Part shown: piece by piece, positions 60,988-64,000 of the stretch
Position numbering within the stretch: position 1 is the first letter of the stretch
How the letters are laid out: each line of letters begins with the position of its first letter
Assembly: GCA_002633005.1 (NCBI GenBank)
Contig: NMRA01000192.1
Location: forward strand, 244,606-308,605
Reading direction: 5' to 3'
Length of the DNA: 64,000 nucleotides
Source: Phoronis australis
Lineage: Eukaryota; Animalia; Phoronida
Program-made: the position numbers and the translations under genes
The notes under the pieces: model-generated
The model's database searches: none
What the model was told of the DNA's origin: nothing
What the model saw: the letters and a program-made list of their open reading frames with translations, nothing else

Positions 60988-62989
60988 AGGGGAATGCCAC
61001 CCAAAATACAACCTAGTTTGTATCAATTTAGATCGAGTAGTTCCACTCGATAACAACAAGTACAGGTCTTTTACCGACACCGGCACGGCAGATGGAGGTG
61101 TTGAAATTAACCAGTGACGTCAGAGGATCGAATGCAGTATATTCAGCAGTTCACAATGCACCTACTGGTGTCACCTTATCGCTTGAATTAATCGTTTTAC
61201 AGCAATAAAGCATCAAAATTCGATAAAAAAAACTTACAAATACATCGAGTTATTGAAGAAACGTGTTATTTTATTTCGCTGTTACGGATTTTTAGTTATT
61301 TGAACGTACCGTAGCCTACAAAGTTCGGGGGGCCAATTTACCAAGGTTCATCTGGGAGTTTGGGGTCTGTTCGGCGATAAATTCAAATTATTCGTCCGTG
61401 AAATACAGACAGGAGAACATAGCTGTGTGTTGTAATTTTAGACTTGCGATTTTTTTCAGTTCTAAACACACTATCCCGGCCAGTGGCTCGGAACCCGATC
61501 AGGTCCATCGCGGTCGGACTGAAGACATCACGAACATAAACCAGCCAAAGTTGGAAACGAAAGTTCCAGTGACGAAAAGAATATACTAGTGAACTAAAGG
61601 AAAAATGTGACCCTGGTTATTTTGGGGAATTAGCCTCGAAACTGCAAATGTACATTATACGTACTAGCTCGTCGAGGGCCGCGATGACAGGTTACTTTTC
61701 CACAGAATCGTCGGGGCAAAAGTTGTACAGTAACAATGATTCGAATAATGTATATGAATATCTAACATCTGACCATAGGATATAAAATCGAGTTATTGTT
61801 TCACAACAGCTTTCCGTCAGCAAACATTGAAATAGCATGCGCTCACACGGCCTCCGTCGGTGCCCCGTCAATTAGTTTATTGCGTCTAAAACCGGTAACG
61901 CAGTGATTTATTCATTGCTGGCTTCTCAAAACATTTGCATTTATGAACCCTCCAAGGCATTAAATATTGTATCTGATGAGACAGACTTTGTTTTAGTTTA
62001 ATACAAGCATTGGTTATGGTGAGAATAATTCATTTTGAAACAGAACGCACAATAATAAGTGTCAACGTGGCAACTCCCAATCTCGATTTAGACGGTTGCT
62101 CATCCGACGAAGACTTCACAGGTCGATCGTTAGGTTTCACAGGGTATCAGTTTCGAACCCGAATACACTGATAAAAAATAATAGAGAGGTTCCGTGAAAG
62201 TCCACAGACAACGGAACATGTGGGTAGTGCCGGACACCGTTTGACTTGTCATGGTCTCAGTGAACTAAGTGCACGGTAATGGAAACGACTGACGCTTGCG
62301 TTTGTTGTCAAGAAATTTCGCAAGTGAGACGCCTTCTTGGAGAAGTGCAGATGTGTCTCACAGACTATCCTGTTTTAAACAGAGTTGTGCTTACGACGTT
62401 TTTAGGGCTGAGAAAAAAACAGCGAAAACATCCTACACCCAGAGGACCAAACAGAAGGCGAAACAGAAGTTCGTGAGGCTCGTTCGCCTCACGAACGAGC
62501 CTGTCATTAAACCGGTTATATAAAACGTTATGTTCTCACGCCTTGAATTAATTGTAATTGTTAATGTTTTCATGGCCAACTACAATTCTCCAAAATCAAA
62601 AACTGGCCAACAACCAATCCGACGAAATGTAGGCCACTGACAGGCACGGAAAAGTTTCACGTCCTCGTACTTGCTATTAACGGCGTACTTTTCACTTTTT
62701 ACTACCGCGAGCCACTTCCAAAGCGTTATGGGCTCTCGAAGAAATCGAAAAAATGACACACCCTGCTTTCCTCGCAGCTTGATAGTTCGCACAAGCGGGA
62801 ACGATACACTACACCATGGCGGCACTCACTCTGCAGAAGAACCACTGACGTCGCTGCGTTGTTTCTCACCTTCCTCACAGGTTAACGCGCCACCTCTCGG
62901 CGAGGTAAGATCGACCGTATACGAGGTGATGTGGATATAGACCGATTAAGATGGTCAAACAGACTAATTATATCGCGTGGCATTCTCCT
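60988..62989. mobile_element. Kolobok-like element (TTAA TSD) with degraded THAP and Cys-rich P2X7-ballast-like relics
   Basis: ttaa|aggggaatgccac...gtggcattctcct|ttaa. Plus strand GYQF.PEYTD..KCTVMETTDACVCCQEI..CLTDYP (about 62143-62400). Minus strand MPPWCSV..GVSFFRF..KWLAVVK..LHF (about 62620-62825). Confidence 0.75.
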
Positions 62990-64000
62990 TTAAGTCCAAG
63001 CTTAGCATTGGGTTGGATGTCTTCCGACATGTCTACGTGTACTCAGTCTACACAAAACCTAAAATTCTGGAAAGTGCTCAAGTTATCTGTCACTGAATGC
63101 AAAATTTATCCATTTTCCGTCTTGCCAGATAAATGTTTAAATGTTGCAGGCAAAATTCCAGGGTGTAAAGTGATGTGACAATTGAAAGGATGGAAACGAA
63201 TAGAACTGTTCAACAGGTCGATGACCATCCCTAGGTATACAAACAATCGGAGTCTACCACGAAGTCACTTTGCTTCCTTTACTTGTGCCTCAAGTTCATG
63301 TGGATACACTGAATGTTATTAATTCGTCTTGGATCGTTGATTCCCATATTGCCAACCACTCCGACATTTTAAAATATTCCTTTAAACGCCAATGCCAAAT
63401 CGGCCGAGTACATGCAGGTGTAATGAAATTTTAAAGGCTTACGCGCTGGGCGTTATCCCTTACAAATAGAGTTCACTGAATGGGTCTTGAAAACAACACT
63501 TGTTCCACGTGGAAAAAATGGTTTTGTTGATTGTGGCAGGGGCAGTGATTTAAGGCACTTATATTTATGTAATCGGCCTCCAATGTCCCTAGTAGAACAA
63601 CCAGATCGTGGTTCCGTCATAACAGACTTACGACGTTTGCTTGTCACCGGCACGCTAGGGTAGTCTCGGCCACCCAAGATATATGGCCGCCCGGAAAATT
63701 CCATCCGTTTTATGACATCCAATGCCACTTCACCTAAATAGAAAATGGTAACATTGCTCAAGCTGAATTGTTACAGGGAATTGAGATGTACCTTCCATTA
63801 ATTCGGATCATTTTTGGGTTACTTTTGCGAATGGGATAAACAATTGAGCAGAGATAATGTACAATGTATTTGAATGCTGATGTCACAACAACGAGGAATT
63901 AATATTACTCTGATGGGAACTGTGTCAACGTGAAATTTAATTTCACTACGACTACCCTGCATCTGTAACTCATTAAACCTCTCTAAACACTTTAACCTTC

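Overview
Intron-rich animal genomic DNA (AT-rich, probably a highly heterozygous invertebrate; species not determinable here). All gene models were built by hand from splice signals and reading-frame phase. The window holds three protein-coding genes. (1) A 3-exon gene (4860-6494, +) encodes a 164-aa secreted protein with two FN1/VWC-like Cys modules. (2-3) Two tandem paralogues on the + strand (20418-37544 and 46956-59978) each encode an STK35/PDIK1L(NKF4)-like Ser/Thr kinase fused to three Mind-bomb SH3-like (Mib REP, SH3_15-type) repeats, an architecture I do not recognise from any characterised protein. Both paralogues have a GGGATTTTCC kappaB-type site upstream of the first kinase exon, and the second also has IRF-, CRE- and AP-1-type motifs, suggesting an immune-inducible kinase family (inference). 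Three apparent tandem duplications are each joined at a single 'n' (17020, 31357, 57215) and are most likely overlapping haplotypes. They expose a 1.5-kb intronic inversion, a copy-specific Polinton/Maverick end with pPolB, and an excess of amino-acid changes in kinase exon 1. Repeats include MITEs with 5-bp TSDs, an Academ-like palindrome, a Kolobok-like TTAA element with THAP and P2X7-ballast-like relics, foldback elements, and LINE and Gypsy relics.
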